NCBI GenBank assembly: GCA_046582655.1
Contig: JAYGDX010000016.1
Location: forward strand, 93,565-157,564
Reading direction: 5' to 3'
Length of the DNA stretch: 64,000 nucleotides
Source of the DNA: Candidatus Poribacteria bacterium
Lineage (GTDB): Bacteria > Poribacteria > WGA-4E > UBA9662
Under the pieces are notes generated by a model. It was not told the DNA's origin and made no database searches. It saw only the letters and a program-made list of their open reading frames with translations. A program made the translations under genes and the position numbers. Positions within the stretch are counted from its first letter, which is position 1. Each line of letters starts with the position of its first letter. Positions 32,536-43,293 of this stretch are shown here, in pieces.

Positions 32536-33852
32536 ATGCTTAAAAGTTGTGATACGGTTGTCGCTTTATCTAATGCGACAGTGGACAATCAGGTCATCTT
32601 CGGTAAGAACAGCGATCGACCAGCGGTCGAATGTCAGCCGTTGGTTTTACGAGACCGAAAATCTCACTTCTCGGATTCTATGACGAATTGCCAATTTATT
32701 CAACTTCCAGAGACCAGAACGACGTATCGTCATATTGGATCTACCCCATACTGGTGCTGGGGGGATGAACATGGATTCAACGAACACCAAGTGGTGATTG
32801 GAAATGAAGGGCTGGGGTCTAAGTATGAATTTGATTCGCCAAAACTGATTGGTATGGAGCTGGTTCGACTCGGTTTGGAGCGTGCCTCAACTGCTGCTGA
32901 AGCAGTTGAGGTGATGACAACCCTAATTACGAAATATGGGCAAGGGGAATTTAGCAACCAGGCAAACGTCCGTACATACGACAACGGTTATATTATTGCC
33001 GATCCTCGTGAAGCGTATGTCCTTGAAACGGCTGGTCATGAATGGGCAACTAAACGGATCGATAGTGTAGCCGGAATCAGCAACGTCTATTCAATCGAAG
33101 ATGACTGGAATTGTTTATCTCCGACTGCGCTTGAACAAGCAATAGCTAATAACTGGTGGATGGAAAAAGCAGAGCAGCTCAATTTCGCTAAAGCCTACAG
33201 TCGTCAAGCAGACCGTTCAGTTGGCAGTGGTGCGGTACGTCGGAGACGCTCTTGTACATTGTTAAACCAGCATTTGGGAAATATCGATATTCCGACCACC
33301 ATCGCCGTATTGAGTGACCATGGTGGAGATGATACCGATAAAACATCCTTCGACACGGCGCTTAAGCAGGGCGGGATCTGCGTACATCACAACCAAGATG
33401 GAACAGGTGGAAACACGGCGGCAAGTCTTGTCGCTCACCTGTGTGACGATAATTCACGATTGCCTGTTTATTGGTGTAGTCTCTACTCACCTTGTCTGGG
33501 TGTTTTTCTGCCTATGTTCATCGAAGGAGAACTGCCTTCTGTGCTTGCGATTGGTAGCGAGAAGCCGTCGAATGAAAGTCCCTGGTGGCTTTTCCGCCAA
33601 TTGAGTCTGAAAAATTGTTCAGATGCAATTGAGCTGATCTCAATGGTTCGAGAGAGGTGGGGAACATTCCAAAAGTGCCTTTTTGACAGTGCATATGAAA
33701 TGGCTAAAGTAGGTAAAGAACTTATCAATGACCAGCGTCAGGCTGAAGCTAAGCAACTGTTGACTGAATACATGGCAGAAAATGTCGTATTGATGCTCAA
33801 AATTGTTCGAGGAATGTTGGCAAATACAAGTGCCTCAACCGCAAGAGGATAA
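32536..33852 (+). CDS. Peptidase C69 / secernin-like Ntn hydrolase
   Basis: RBS AGGAGG; SCDT (N-terminal nucleophile Cys), GKNSDR, GFNEHQVVIGNE, RLGLER, ADPREAYVLETAG and ISN. Confidence 0.88.
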   Translation: MLKSCDTVVALSNATVDNQVIFGKNSDRPAVECQPLVLRDRKSHFSDSMTNCQFIQLPETRTTYRHIGSTPYWCWGDEHGFNEHQVVIGNEGLGSKYEFDSPKLIGMELVRLGLERASTAAEAVEVMTTLITKYGQGEFSNQANVRTYDNGYIIADPREAYVLETAGHEWATKRIDSVAGISNVYSIEDDWNCLSPTALEQAIANNWWMEKAEQLNFAKAYSRQADRSVGSGAVRRRRSCTLLNQHLGNIDIPTTIAVLSDHGGDDTDKTSFDTALKQGGICVHHNQDGTGGNTAASLVAHLCDDNSRLPVYWCSLYSPCLGVFLPMFIEGELPSVLAIGSEKPSNESPWWLFRQLSLKNCSDAIELISMVRERWGTFQKCLFDSAYEMAKVGKELINDQRQAEAKQLLTEYMAENVVLMLKIVRGMLANTSASTARG

Positions 33853-33855
33853 GAG

Positions 33856-35658
33856 ATGTTCCAAAAATTGACTGACCACCTTTTTTTTGTTGAAGACACC
33901 TGTTGCATCTATGCCGTTTGCGTTAATGACAAAGTTTTATTGATTGACTGTGGAACACACCTGAGGTCAGAGAATTTTGAAGGACTTTCGGGCAAAGACT
34001 GTTCGGTGGAACGAATTCTATTAACCCACTTTCATCGCGATCAATGTGCGTCGGCAAATCGTTTTCAAGCAGATGGTGCTGAGATTTTTATTCCCTTCGT
34101 CGAAAGACGCTTCTTGGAAGAAACTGATTTGCTTAAAGCATCCTATGATACCTATGATAACTACACCTCATATTATCCTGGGAGGGGTACGTTAACTGAC
34201 ATCCACTCCAATGGGTATGTGTATGATTACGAGTCGATGATGTGGTGTGGGATTCGGTTCGATGCCGTTCCGTTACCGGGGCATACATTCGGTTCCGTAG
34301 GCTATCAGTTTGAAATTGACGGGAAACGGGTCTTGGCATGCGGCGATTTAATGAGTGCACCTGGAAAGGTTCAACAATATTTCTGGAGCCAATGGAGTTA
34401 TATGTCGTTTAAAGGGCACGTGAACCATCTGGAGAGTCTTCAGACGGTGGCGAGCACCGAACTTGATCTGATCCTCCCTGGACACGGTGAACCGTTTGTT
34501 CCAACACCAGCGGCTTTTACCGAACTTCAGAAACCGATGGAAGAATTGTATGAACTGTTTCATGGGCATGCTTTTCAATACTATCGTCCTGAGTTTCGCC
34601 AATTAACATCACATGTCTATGAAGTTGTCAATTCAGTTGCCCGAACCTACATTATCCAAGACGAATCTGGTCATGCGCTCTTGATTGACTGTGGATACAC
34701 CTCCAATGCCCCGATTAGCGCCAATCCACATCGGTTCATTGACCATCTGACTCCCTATCTCAAAACCGAACTCGGCATTGAAACTGTTGAGTGGTTTCTG
34801 CCATCGCACTATCATGATGACCATCTGGTTGGTTATCCCGCATTGAAAGCTCAATATGGTACCAAGCTCGCGTCATCACCAGAACTGAAAGACATTCTGG
34901 AGAACCCACACAATTACGACATGCCATGTCTGGTGCCTCAGGGAGTCCAGGTTGACCAAGTGATCAAGCGCGGTCAACCTTTCCATTGGCGAGGGATCGA
35001 TTTTTACGTGGAACAACATCCCGGACAGACGCTTTACCATCATCTGATCTGGTTCTCAGTGGACGGTAGGAAATTCCTATGTATCGGAGACAATATCTCG
35101 GGTGTCAGTTTCCGTGAGAACCGCGACTATATTCATTCATTCATCCCCAAGAATCGTACGCCAGTATCGAGTTACTGGGATATGCCGAAACAGATTCTGG
35201 ATCACGCACCCGATTTCATCCTGACTGGTCATGGTGGTGGGGTGCTGTTTGAGAAAACCAAGATCGAGCGGTGGCAGGCGTGGATGGAACGTTGGCAAAC
35301 ATTGTTCACACAAATGATTGATCAACCGCATCCGAACATCGGGATGGATCCGCACTGGATCGAGTTCTATCCATATAAAGTCCGCATTACCCCTGGTGAA
35401 ACGTTGATATTCAAGGTAATAATCACTAACTATCAAGCCAAAGCACAAATATACCAACTTCACTTCCTCTCTATTGAGGGCGTCAACCTCTGGCCGGAAA
35501 AGACGGAGATTGCAGTTCCCGCCAATGAAAAATGCGTCTGCCAAATCCAAGCCACATTCCCAGAGAAAATCGAGACGCACTCCTTGCCAATTGTAGCGGA
35601 CGTAACATGGAACGGTAAAAGGCTGGGGGAAATTGCGGAAGCCATTGCTTACTGGTAA
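33856..35658 (+). CDS. Tandem metallo-beta-lactamase-fold hydrolase
   Basis: Two MBL repeats (LIDCG/THFHRDQ/PGHT/GD/PGHG and LIDCG/SHYHDDH/PGQT/GD/TGHG) plus a C-terminal beta-rich domain. Confidence 0.85.
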   Translation: MFQKLTDHLFFVEDTCCIYAVCVNDKVLLIDCGTHLRSENFEGLSGKDCSVERILLTHFHRDQCASANRFQADGAEIFIPFVERRFLEETDLLKASYDTYDNYTSYYPGRGTLTDIHSNGYVYDYESMMWCGIRFDAVPLPGHTFGSVGYQFEIDGKRVLACGDLMSAPGKVQQYFWSQWSYMSFKGHVNHLESLQTVASTELDLILPGHGEPFVPTPAAFTELQKPMEELYELFHGHAFQYYRPEFRQLTSHVYEVVNSVARTYIIQDESGHALLIDCGYTSNAPISANPHRFIDHLTPYLKTELGIETVEWFLPSHYHDDHLVGYPALKAQYGTKLASSPELKDILENPHNYDMPCLVPQGVQVDQVIKRGQPFHWRGIDFYVEQHPGQTLYHHLIWFSVDGRKFLCIGDNISGVSFRENRDYIHSFIPKNRTPVSSYWDMPKQILDHAPDFILTGHGGGVLFEKTKIERWQAWMERWQTLFTQMIDQPHPNIGMDPHWIEFYPYKVRITPGETLIFKVIITNYQAKAQIYQLHFLSIEGVNLWPEKTEIAVPANEKCVCQIQATFPEKIETHSLPIVADVTWNGKRLGEIAEAIAYW

Positions 35659-35837
35659 GCTGACGGTATATGTTGTAGCTCTCAGCGGCAGCGTATATTG
35701 AGCCTTAAACTTAAATATAGAGAAGGCCAGCAAAAGTGACTTTCCAATGAAATACCACATCAGTCTCCGGTACGTCTGTTCAGCGAGTTAAGAAGCCTCC
35801 GCATCGAAGTGCCTTTTGTGCAGAGCATTTGCTTGGC

Positions 35838-36464
35838 TTACAACTCACCACGCAAATAGGGAAGGATCTCCTTCTGCAAACACTTACGTGCGCAGAAGAG
35901 ATGCGACTTCACAGTATCGAGTATCGATGCGTCACTTCAATTTTTGTGCAATCTCCGAAAGCATCATCCCATCCCGATGGCGAAGGATAAAGACTTGGCG
36001 TTGCTGGGATGATAACTGTAACATTACTGTTCTGAAATGAGCCAACAGTTCTTCGGTTTCGATGGATCTTGTTGGCGGAGGAAAATTGAAATCCACGACC
36101 TTAGCCAGCAGATCATCGACGGATTTCGAGGTGTCAATTCCTCTCTTTTGGTGTCTTATTCGCTGCGCGTGTGCGATCGATGCGGAGGTTGATGGTGATA
36201 CGGTAGATCCATGTATAAAATCGGCATCGCCCGTTGAAACGGGGCAATCCTCGATAGGTTTTAAGGAACACATCTTGGGTAATATCAAGAGCATCCTCAT
36301 GTGTTTTGACGTATCGTTGGGCCAATTGAGTAGGTTGCGTTCTGGTAACGGATAACCAAATCGTTGAAAGCTGACTCCTCTCCGCGCTGAAACCGTTTGA
36401 CAAGCAACACATCATCAGGATCTGCTTGAACAGGTTGCGGGATTTCTTGTGTCCCAGTAGCCAT
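35838..36464 (-). pseudogene. ECF RNA polymerase sigma factor, multiply disrupted
   Basis: DDVLLVKRFQRGEESAFNDLV / EDALDITQDVFLK..FYTWIYRITIN / LSSQQRQVFILRH..EIA* / TVKSHLFCARK. Three frameshifts, one a 7-bp duplication (GTATCGA x2 at 35914-35927), plus a TGA. Confidence 0.85.
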
Positions 36465-36558
36465 TATTTATTTCCTAATTGCTGTTTTTTTCTGTCGAAC
36501 TCCAAGGATGGCTGACTCTGATCTAATAACTGGTTGGTTTTTTCAGTTAAAGCAAATA

Positions 36559-36589
36559 GACTGAGACTTGAAAGATCTCAGTCCGTTTT
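36559..36589 (+). terminator. Possible stem-loop/intrinsic terminator
   Basis: GACTGAGA-N9-TCTCAGTC followed by CGTTTT. Confidence 0.3.
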
Positions 36590-36692
36590 ATGTGATTGCA
36601 TCATATTAATTTCTGACCAATGACAGAAATTATGGTTTTTAGCCTGTTTTTTCAATTTGTACTTAAGTTTATATTAGCAAGAATTCATATCA

Positions 36693-36721
36693 TTGACAGG
36701 TATGGCGAAAAGTGCTATATT
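36693..36721 (+). promoter_or_regulatory. sigma70 promoter of the hydroxyproline-type gene pair
   Basis: TTGACA-N17-TATATT with an extended TG. Confidence 0.7.
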
Positions 36722-36750
36722 CCTCTAAATATTAGAGGTATCATAAAATA

Positions 36751-37854
36751 ATGAAAATTACATCTATCGTAACTTATCAGGTCAATCTGCCATTAAAGGA
36801 AGGTAGTTATAATTGGTCTAGAGGGAAATCTGTCTCCGTCTTCGATAGTACAATTGTTCGAGTGGAAACGGACGAAGGGTTGATTGGATATGGAGAAGTT
36901 TGCCCTCTAGGACCATTTTATCTGCCTGCATATGCCAGTGGTGCCCGTTCTGGGATTAAAGAGCTAGCACCGCACTTAATTGGTCAAGACCCAACCAAGT
37001 TAGGGCCTCTAAACCGATTAATGGATGCTGCACTAAAAGGTCATCCTTACGTCAAGTCACCTATCGATATTGCCTGTTGGGATATTTTGGGACAAGCGTC
37101 TGGCCAAAGCATCTGCGAACTACTTGGTGGACGATATGAGAAAGATTTTGTCTTGTATCGCGCAATATCGCAGGAATCTCCTGATGAAATGGCAGAGAAA
37201 GTAGCTGGCTATCGGCAGGAGGGCTATCGACGGTTCCAGTTGAAAGTTGGAGCCAACCCGGAAACGGATATCGAGCGTATTCATGCCGTGGCCGACAGGT
37301 TGGAATCTGGTGATAAGCTGATTGCCGACGCAAATACTGGATGGTTGAAACATGAAGCTATCCGAGTAATTCGAGCTGTTAAGGATGTCGATGTGTACAT
37401 CGAACAACCCTGTTTAAGTTACCAAGAATGCCTTTCTATACGTCAACGCACCGATCACCCTTTTGTCCTGGATGAATTAATAGACAACATTGACGTTTTG
37501 TTGCGAGGCCATGCTGATCAGGCAATGGATATCGTTAATATCAAGATTAGTAAGTTTGGAGGATTAACCAAAGCCAAACTGGCCAGAGACCTTTGTGTTG
37601 AACTTGGAATTGCCATGACGATAGAAGACAGTTGGGGCGGGGATTTAACAACTGCGGCTATTGCCCATCTTGCACATAGCACTCCGCCGGACTTTTTGTT
37701 TACATCAACTGATTTCAACAGTTACGTGACGGTTAGTACGGCAACAGGCGCACCACAACGGAAAAACGGCCGTATGACCACTTCGACTGAACCGGGTTTA
37801 GGTGTGGTCATACGAAGCGACGTTCTGGGCGATCCCGTTTTTGAAATCGACTAA
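36751..37854 (+). CDS. Enolase-superfamily enzyme, cis-3-hydroxy-L-proline dehydratase / hydroxyproline-betaine epimerase-like
   Basis: Motifs [54 protein letters not shown] and IEDSWGGD. Confidence 0.8.
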   Translation: MKITSIVTYQVNLPLKEGSYNWSRGKSVSVFDSTIVRVETDEGLIGYGEVCPLGPFYLPAYASGARSGIKELAPHLIGQDPTKLGPLNRLMDAALKGHPYVKSPIDIACWDILGQASGQSICELLGGRYEKDFVLYRAISQESPDEMAEKVAGYRQEGYRRFQLKVGANPETDIERIHAVADRLESGDKLIADANTGWLKHEAIRVIRAVKDVDVYIEQPCLSYQECLSIRQRTDHPFVLDELIDNIDVLLRGHADQAMDIVNIKISKFGGLTKAKLARDLCVELGIAMTIEDSWGGDLTTAAIAHLAHSTPPDFLFTSTDFNSYVTVSTATGAPQRKNGRMTTSTEPGLGVVIRSDVLGDPVFEID

Positions 37855-37882
37855 ATATGACTCAATTATTAAGGAATCCAAA

Positions 37883-38785
37883 TTGGAAAACATAAATTGG
37901 AACGGTGTTTTTCCTGCTGCCACCACACATTTCAAGGATGACCATTCGCTTGATTTACCAGCTACGACTCAACATATTGAAGTAATGATTGAAGCTGGTA
38001 TCCACGGTGTCATTATGCTGGGAACCGTTGGAGAAAACAGTTCTCTTGAATATTCGGAAAAGCTGGATGTGCTTAAGGCCACTGTGGAAGCTGTTGATAA
38101 CCGTATCCCTGTCCTGACAGGTGTGGCCGAGTATACTACCTCTTTAGCTTGTCGTTACGCGGTTGACGCCCAAGAGTCGGGGGTTGACGGGCTAATGGTT
38201 TTACCCGCGATGGTCTACAAATCTGATCGACGCGAGACGATATCTCACTATAGATCGGTAGCGCGGGCAACGAATCTGCCAATTATGTGTTATAACAACC
38301 CGGTTGCCTATAACGTGGATATTACACCGGATATGTTTGCTGAAATGAGCGGCCAAGAGACCCTTGTCGCCATCAAAGAGTCATCCGAGAATGTCAGGAG
38401 GATTACCGACTTAATCAACACTGTTGGTGACCGATATATTCTCTTTAGTGGTGTCGATGATCTGGCCTTAGAGAGTATTATGCTAGGTGCTGTCGGTTGG
38501 GTGGCAGGTTTGGTTAATGCTTTTCCAGTAGAAAATATATCACTTTGGAATCTAGCAATAAACGGAAGATATCAGGAAGCTCTGGAAATCTACCGTTGGT
38601 TCACACCTTTACTTCACTTGGATACACACACCAAGTTGGTTCAGTATATCAAATTAGCCGTGGCTGAGTGCGGTTTGGGAACCGAAACCACCCGTCCTCC
38701 ACGGTTGGAACTAAAGGGAAATGAACGAGAAGCTATATTGAAAATTATTCGACGCGGTATTGAAACTCGGCCAGAAATTGCTTGA
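37883..38785 (+). CDS. DHDPS/NAL-family protein, 1-pyrroline-4-hydroxy-2-carboxylate deaminase-like
   Basis: Motifs WNGVFPA, LGTVGE, LPAMVY, YNNP, AIKESS, GVDDLALES, GLVNAFP and KLVQYIKL; TTG start with AAGGA RBS. Confidence 0.8.
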   Translation: MENINWNGVFPAATTHFKDDHSLDLPATTQHIEVMIEAGIHGVIMLGTVGENSSLEYSEKLDVLKATVEAVDNRIPVLTGVAEYTTSLACRYAVDAQESGVDGLMVLPAMVYKSDRRETISHYRSVARATNLPIMCYNNPVAYNVDITPDMFAEMSGQETLVAIKESSENVRRITDLINTVGDRYILFSGVDDLALESIMLGAVGWVAGLVNAFPVENISLWNLAINGRYQEALEIYRWFTPLLHLDTHTKLVQYIKLAVAECGLGTETTRPPRLELKGNEREAILKIIRRGIETRPEIA

Positions 38786-38869
38786 TAGGACAAATAAGAA
38801 TTGTCCATCCAGTTGACACTACTGTCGATGCCGATTCTGAGGGACATGATTGCGCTCTGTGGGCTATCA

Positions 38870-39625
38870 TCAGTACCCAATGCTCTTTAGATAGGCACGA
38901 TTGACCCGAATCTTTTCGCTCACCGGTGCTTCTGCCTGTCCAGGGCAAACAGTAATCCAACCTTCATAACCAATGTTTTTCAGCGTTGAAAGAAATGTTG
39001 GATAATCACACATCATCCCTTCACCTAACTGCACACTATTACCATTCTTGTAATCGTGCAAATGAACATAAGAGATCTGGTGACGAAAGTCATGAACTGC
39101 TTGAGTGAGATCGCACCCCCAATGAACCGCATGGGACATGTCAAAGCAAAGCTGACACTGACCAAGCCGACTCATAAACTTTCGCCATTCATCAGCACTG
39201 TCGACAAGATGGTTAACATGTGGATGAAAAGTAACAGTAACACCGAGAGGCTTGGCATAAACGGCTAGATCTTCGTAAACACAAGCCATTTGATCCAAGT
39301 CTTGGTTAGTTGTCGATCTATCAAACCGTCCAGGCCCCTTGGTCATGAAGACTGAAACTTCAAGGTCCGATGCAAACTCAATTCGGCGTTTGTTGATTTC
39401 ATGGACCGCGTCAGTTGTACTCAGAGTGACGTTCGGACCACAAACTGCGGCCACTTCGATACCAACTGCCTGACAGATTCGGCGAACTCGATGAGCAGAT
39501 CCAAGCCAGTCAAGTGACTGCCGAGTTTCCCAACCGTGCCATCCAGATGTCTTGAGAAGTGTAAGTTCCCTCTCCAAATTAGGGCTCTGCCAATAAAGGG
39601 TGCTGTAAGCAAGTGAGAATGTCAT
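38870..39625 (-). CDS. Sugar phosphate isomerase/epimerase (IolE-like TIM barrel)
   Basis: Motifs FHPH, CFDMSH, YVHLHD, LGEG and GYEGWITV. Confidence 0.8.
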   Translation of the reverse strand: MTFSLAYSTLYWQSPNLERELTLLKTSGWHGWETRQSLDWLGSAHRVRRICQAVGIEVAAVCGPNVTLSTTDAVHEINKRRIEFASDLEVSVFMTKGPGRFDRSTTNQDLDQMACVYEDLAVYAKPLGVTVTFHPHVNHLVDSADEWRKFMSRLGQCQLCFDMSHAVHWGCDLTQAVHDFRHQISYVHLHDYKNGNSVQLGEGMMCDYPTFLSTLKNIGYEGWITVCPGQAEAPVSEKIRVNRAYLKSIGY

Positions 39626-39691
39626 TAGGCTCTTCTCCATAGACTTGAATCTTATACCAAGAAACATAAGCTACGATTACCTGAGCTGTGC

Positions 39692-40786
39692 TCAGGTACC
39701 TTTTGAGAAATCGGGGACATCCACTGGAGCTCCCCCGAGCTCACGCGAGATTTCTGAAACTAGGCCGGGAGCAGTCATATTTAGGGCATCCACCACATCT
39801 ATTGGTGGTCGACGATCTTCGATAATACAGCACGCAAAATCTTCGATCATCAACGGGGTACCTCCATTGTAACTATTATCTACTGCCTCCTCTGGCATCT
39901 GTTTCCACGCATCAGACAGGTAATCCTCAAACTCCCATAGATTCTGCCATGTACCTTGAGGTGTCTGACCATCAATATAAATCTTGTGTTGATCCTGTGG
40001 CCCCCTTGGCGCTTCGTAACAAGCACCGGTCCCCTGAAGTCCATAGTAAACAAAGTTTGTCGGACGGCTGGAAAAGAAATCGAGACGAATGCGGATCAAC
40101 TTTCCATGTTCTGTCTGACAGAGCACGATACAGGTATCATCTGCTTGTGCCCATGGTAGATGGTGCTGACCGGATCCCAGACAAACTACTTGCGTAACAC
40201 GCTCGCCAAAAACTTGGTACAATGGTCCTAGATCATGGGTAATGTAATGGTGACCAAGTCGAAGTGCGAGTTCTTCTGTCCGCCAATTGTATCCTTGTTT
40301 GGGATGAGGCAAGCCTATTTTAAAGTCTTGGATCTGGTCAGCTTCACCATAGTAGAGTTGACCGAACCTACCTGCCTTGACCAGACCCATGACAATGCTC
40401 CACGGTCGTATATAGCAATAGTTAGAAGCCAGCATGTATTTCCGGTTGGAGGACAAAACCGCTTCACGCAGTTGCCAGCACTGCTCGATACTGGTTGCGG
40501 CAGTAACCTCGGAGAGAACGTGTTTACCGGCAGCCAATGCATCAATGCTGTGCTGGACATGAAGTGGCATCGGCGACGCGACAATAACAGCGTCGATTTC
40601 GCTGTCTAGCATTGCCTGCCATGAAGTATAGGTTTTTAAAACCGGCGATTTGTCAGCCATGGCAACCAACCGCCCCTCGTCTTGGTCACAGATTGCGACC
40701 AGTTCGGCGGTTGGCGCATGGCGCATTGCCAGGGCTAGCCCAGCACCGCGTCCGGCTCCGAGGATGCCAAATCGAACTGAATCCAT
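39692..40786 (-). CDS. Gfo/Idh/MocA oxidoreductase
   Basis: Motifs GILGAGRG, GKHVLSEV, YITHDLGP and APGL..S...GG.PVDVPDF. Confidence 0.88.
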   Translation of the reverse strand: MDSVRFGILGAGRGAGLALAMRHAPTAELVAICDQDEGRLVAMADKSPVLKTYTSWQAMLDSEIDAVIVASPMPLHVQHSIDALAAGKHVLSEVTAATSIEQCWQLREAVLSSNRKYMLASNYCYIRPWSIVMGLVKAGRFGQLYYGEADQIQDFKIGLPHPKQGYNWRTEELALRLGHHYITHDLGPLYQVFGERVTQVVCLGSGQHHLPWAQADDTCIVLCQTEHGKLIRIRLDFFSSRPTNFVYYGLQGTGACYEAPRGPQDQHKIYIDGQTPQGTWQNLWEFEDYLSDAWKQMPEEAVDNSYNGGTPLMIEDFACCIIEDRRPPIDVVDALNMTAPGLVSEISRELGGAPVDVPDFSKGT

Positions 40787-41053
40787 CTCTGTCCTTCATT
40801 CAATAGTTTGTCTCTATACCATCTGGTTCCGGCTAACGGTCTAGTATTCTAGCTTAAGCGCCCAACTTGGTCTACTGAAAATGGTGATGCCTTATACAAA
40901 ATAGTGTTATAATCTCAATCACTTGGTTGCTTGAAATCCACTAACAGGTATCCCAACGCTTAGTTGTTAGGACGAACTTCGATAGGTTCAAAAAGGCAAG
41001 ACCGATTAGGGATATGCCTCAACAGGTGGAAATATACCAAACGGAGGAATTGC

Positions 41054-42091
41054 ATGGCAGAATCAACAATTCAGTTAGGTGTTATTGGTTGTGGATGGGC
41101 CGGTAGTCAGGCAGTACAAGCAGCCAAGGTTGTTCCACGAACAACAGTTATTGCTGTTGCTGACATCTGGCCGGACCGATGCCAGTTGGTAGCAAAAGAA
41201 TTCTCAGTTCCGGAAACGTATGAAGATTGTCACAACCTATTAGCAAATTCACAAATTGATGCCGTGTACCTTGCAACTTCACCTGATGGTCGCCTACAGA
41301 TGGTACTTGACGCACTTGAAGCAGAGAAACACGTGCTCGTCCAGAAGCCGCATGCAATTCGCGCACCAGAGATCCTAGAGATGGAATCTGCGGCTAGGGA
41401 TGCCGGTAAGGTATTACAGTTCTGCTATTTTATGCGCCATTTTCCGCACAACCGGAAAATTCGGGCTGCAGTGTTTAATGGCCAAATCGGAGATCCTTAT
41501 CACGCCCGTATTTTTGGAAAATACAACTCCATTCCACCATTAAATCAAAATAATCGCTGGCTGCACGCCTACGGTTACAAAGGTGGCTCTTTAGGACAGC
41601 ATTATTCGCATGAACTAGATTTGGCGTGGTGGTGGATGGGATGTCCTGATCCTATGTGGGCTTTTGGTGCGAAACATGCCCTCTATCCAGTCTACGATGG
41701 CCCTGAGGGCCCTGCCGAAGATTATTTCACTGGTATTGTCGGTTTTGAGGGTGACAAAACGATTCAGATCGATTGCTCCCGAATGAACCATTCTGATTCA
41801 CCAACGGTGGTTGAACTATACGGTACTACAGGTGCCATAACTAGTGGTAAAATTTCTCGGTTCCAGAATGGTGAATTCAAGCATGAAGAGATTAACGAAT
41901 TGCCAGATATCCCTCACACCGAATTGCGGGGCGATGTGCCAACGTTCTTCTATGAAATCGAACACTTTGCCATGGCGATCTCTGGGGAGGTTGAACCAGA
42001 CGTTTCATCAACGGATGCCTACGCTTTTATGAAGATCTTGGATGGACTTTATGATAGTGCTAAAATAGAGAAACAGATCACCATCGAATAA
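41054..42091 (+). CDS. Gfo/Idh/MocA oxidoreductase
   Basis: RBS GGAGG; motifs GVIGCGWAG, HVLVQKP, GGSL..HELD and YGTTG. Confidence 0.88.
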   Translation: MAESTIQLGVIGCGWAGSQAVQAAKVVPRTTVIAVADIWPDRCQLVAKEFSVPETYEDCHNLLANSQIDAVYLATSPDGRLQMVLDALEAEKHVLVQKPHAIRAPEILEMESAARDAGKVLQFCYFMRHFPHNRKIRAAVFNGQIGDPYHARIFGKYNSIPPLNQNNRWLHAYGYKGGSLGQHYSHELDLAWWWMGCPDPMWAFGAKHALYPVYDGPEGPAEDYFTGIVGFEGDKTIQIDCSRMNHSDSPTVVELYGTTGAITSGKISRFQNGEFKHEEINELPDIPHTELRGDVPTFFYEIEHFAMAISGEVEPDVSSTDAYAFMKILDGLYDSAKIEKQITIE

Positions 42092-42230
42092 AATCGGAAT
42101 CACGGATTACAAAACCTTGGGGTATTCTTAGTCATCCAAAAATCGATAGCCCCTCAACCTGAAGATGACATCCTTACACCAATTTCCCTATAAAACCTTG
42201 AACCACAAAAACAGATCAAAGACAACCAAA

Positions 42231-43244
42231 ATGAAGATGCCTGCCGAATCTTTTATTGATCTACTTAAGGCTTATGGAGACGTGAATCCACCTTCCATGA
42301 TATATCGCGAGGGGCAAGACTTCTCTGACTGGCAACAGCGTTTTCAGGAAAAAATAGCAAAATTGCGAGGGGCATTACCCAAACGGAAAACACCTCAGGT
42401 TGAAACTATAAACACAGTTGTAGTCGAAAACCATATGCGTCATCTGCTTCGTATTCAGGTCAGTGAAATTTCAACGCTGATTACATACTTGTTGATTCCA
42501 CGAGATCTTGCATCGACAGAAAGCAGACCGGGCCTAATTGTTTCGCACGGACATGCCAAGTACGGGATCGATTCAGTCTGCGGAGTTCACGGGATGGAAG
42601 AAGAAGATAACAATCGTCGGGCGTATGCGCTTGAAGCTGTACGTGACGGGTATGTTGTACTGGCACCGGCTTGGTGGGGATGGGCCGGTCGAGATGGACA
42701 TTTAGATCATGTAGGCAATCGTGACCGGTGTAACGTGATTCAAATGGCAGCGTCGATGTATGGTATTAACATACTCGATCTGCATATCCAAGATGGTCGG
42801 GCAGCAATTGACGTTCTTACTTCACGTCCCGAGGTAGATGATGACCGTATCGGTTGCATTGGAAACTCCTATGGTGGCCGAACGGCAATGTGGCTGACTG
42901 TTTTTGATCAACGAATAAAAGCCTGTGTTCCAGCTGGTTGCATGAATACCTTTCGGGAACGGTCCTTAAAACTTTCATCTTGCGGTATCCAATATCTGCC
43001 CGGTCTTCTGCAATATGGCGATGTTCCAGAAGTTTTCAGTTTGATAGCCCCTCGTCCAATGCAACTTCAAGCAGGCAGGCATGATCCGCTAATTACACCA
43101 GTTGATCGAGATGCTATACTAAAAACAGTCCAGTCTGCCTATCGTATACTAAACGCCGAATCCAACTTTGATTATGTTCTTCATCCGGATGGGCATCTGC
43201 TATCATGGGGAAGGGCAGCGTCATTTTTGAAGATGCATTTATAG
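42231..43244 (+). CDS. Alpha/beta hydrolase (dienelactone hydrolase/acetylesterase-like)
   Basis: Motifs SHGH, GYVVLAP, RPEVDDDRIGCIGNSYGG, LIAPRP and GH. The start is uncertain (42165-42237). Confidence 0.82.
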   Translation: MKMPAESFIDLLKAYGDVNPPSMIYREGQDFSDWQQRFQEKIAKLRGALPKRKTPQVETINTVVVENHMRHLLRIQVSEISTLITYLLIPRDLASTESRPGLIVSHGHAKYGIDSVCGVHGMEEEDNNRRAYALEAVRDGYVVLAPAWWGWAGRDGHLDHVGNRDRCNVIQMAASMYGINILDLHIQDGRAAIDVLTSRPEVDDDRIGCIGNSYGGRTAMWLTVFDQRIKACVPAGCMNTFRERSLKLSSCGIQYLPGLLQYGDVPEVFSLIAPRPMQLQAGRHDPLITPVDRDAILKTVQSAYRILNAESNFDYVLHPDGHLLSWGRAASFLKMHL

Positions 43245-43293
43245 AGAATACCGCTTGATAAATCGAGATCTGGGTAAAATTAAGGAATAGGTA

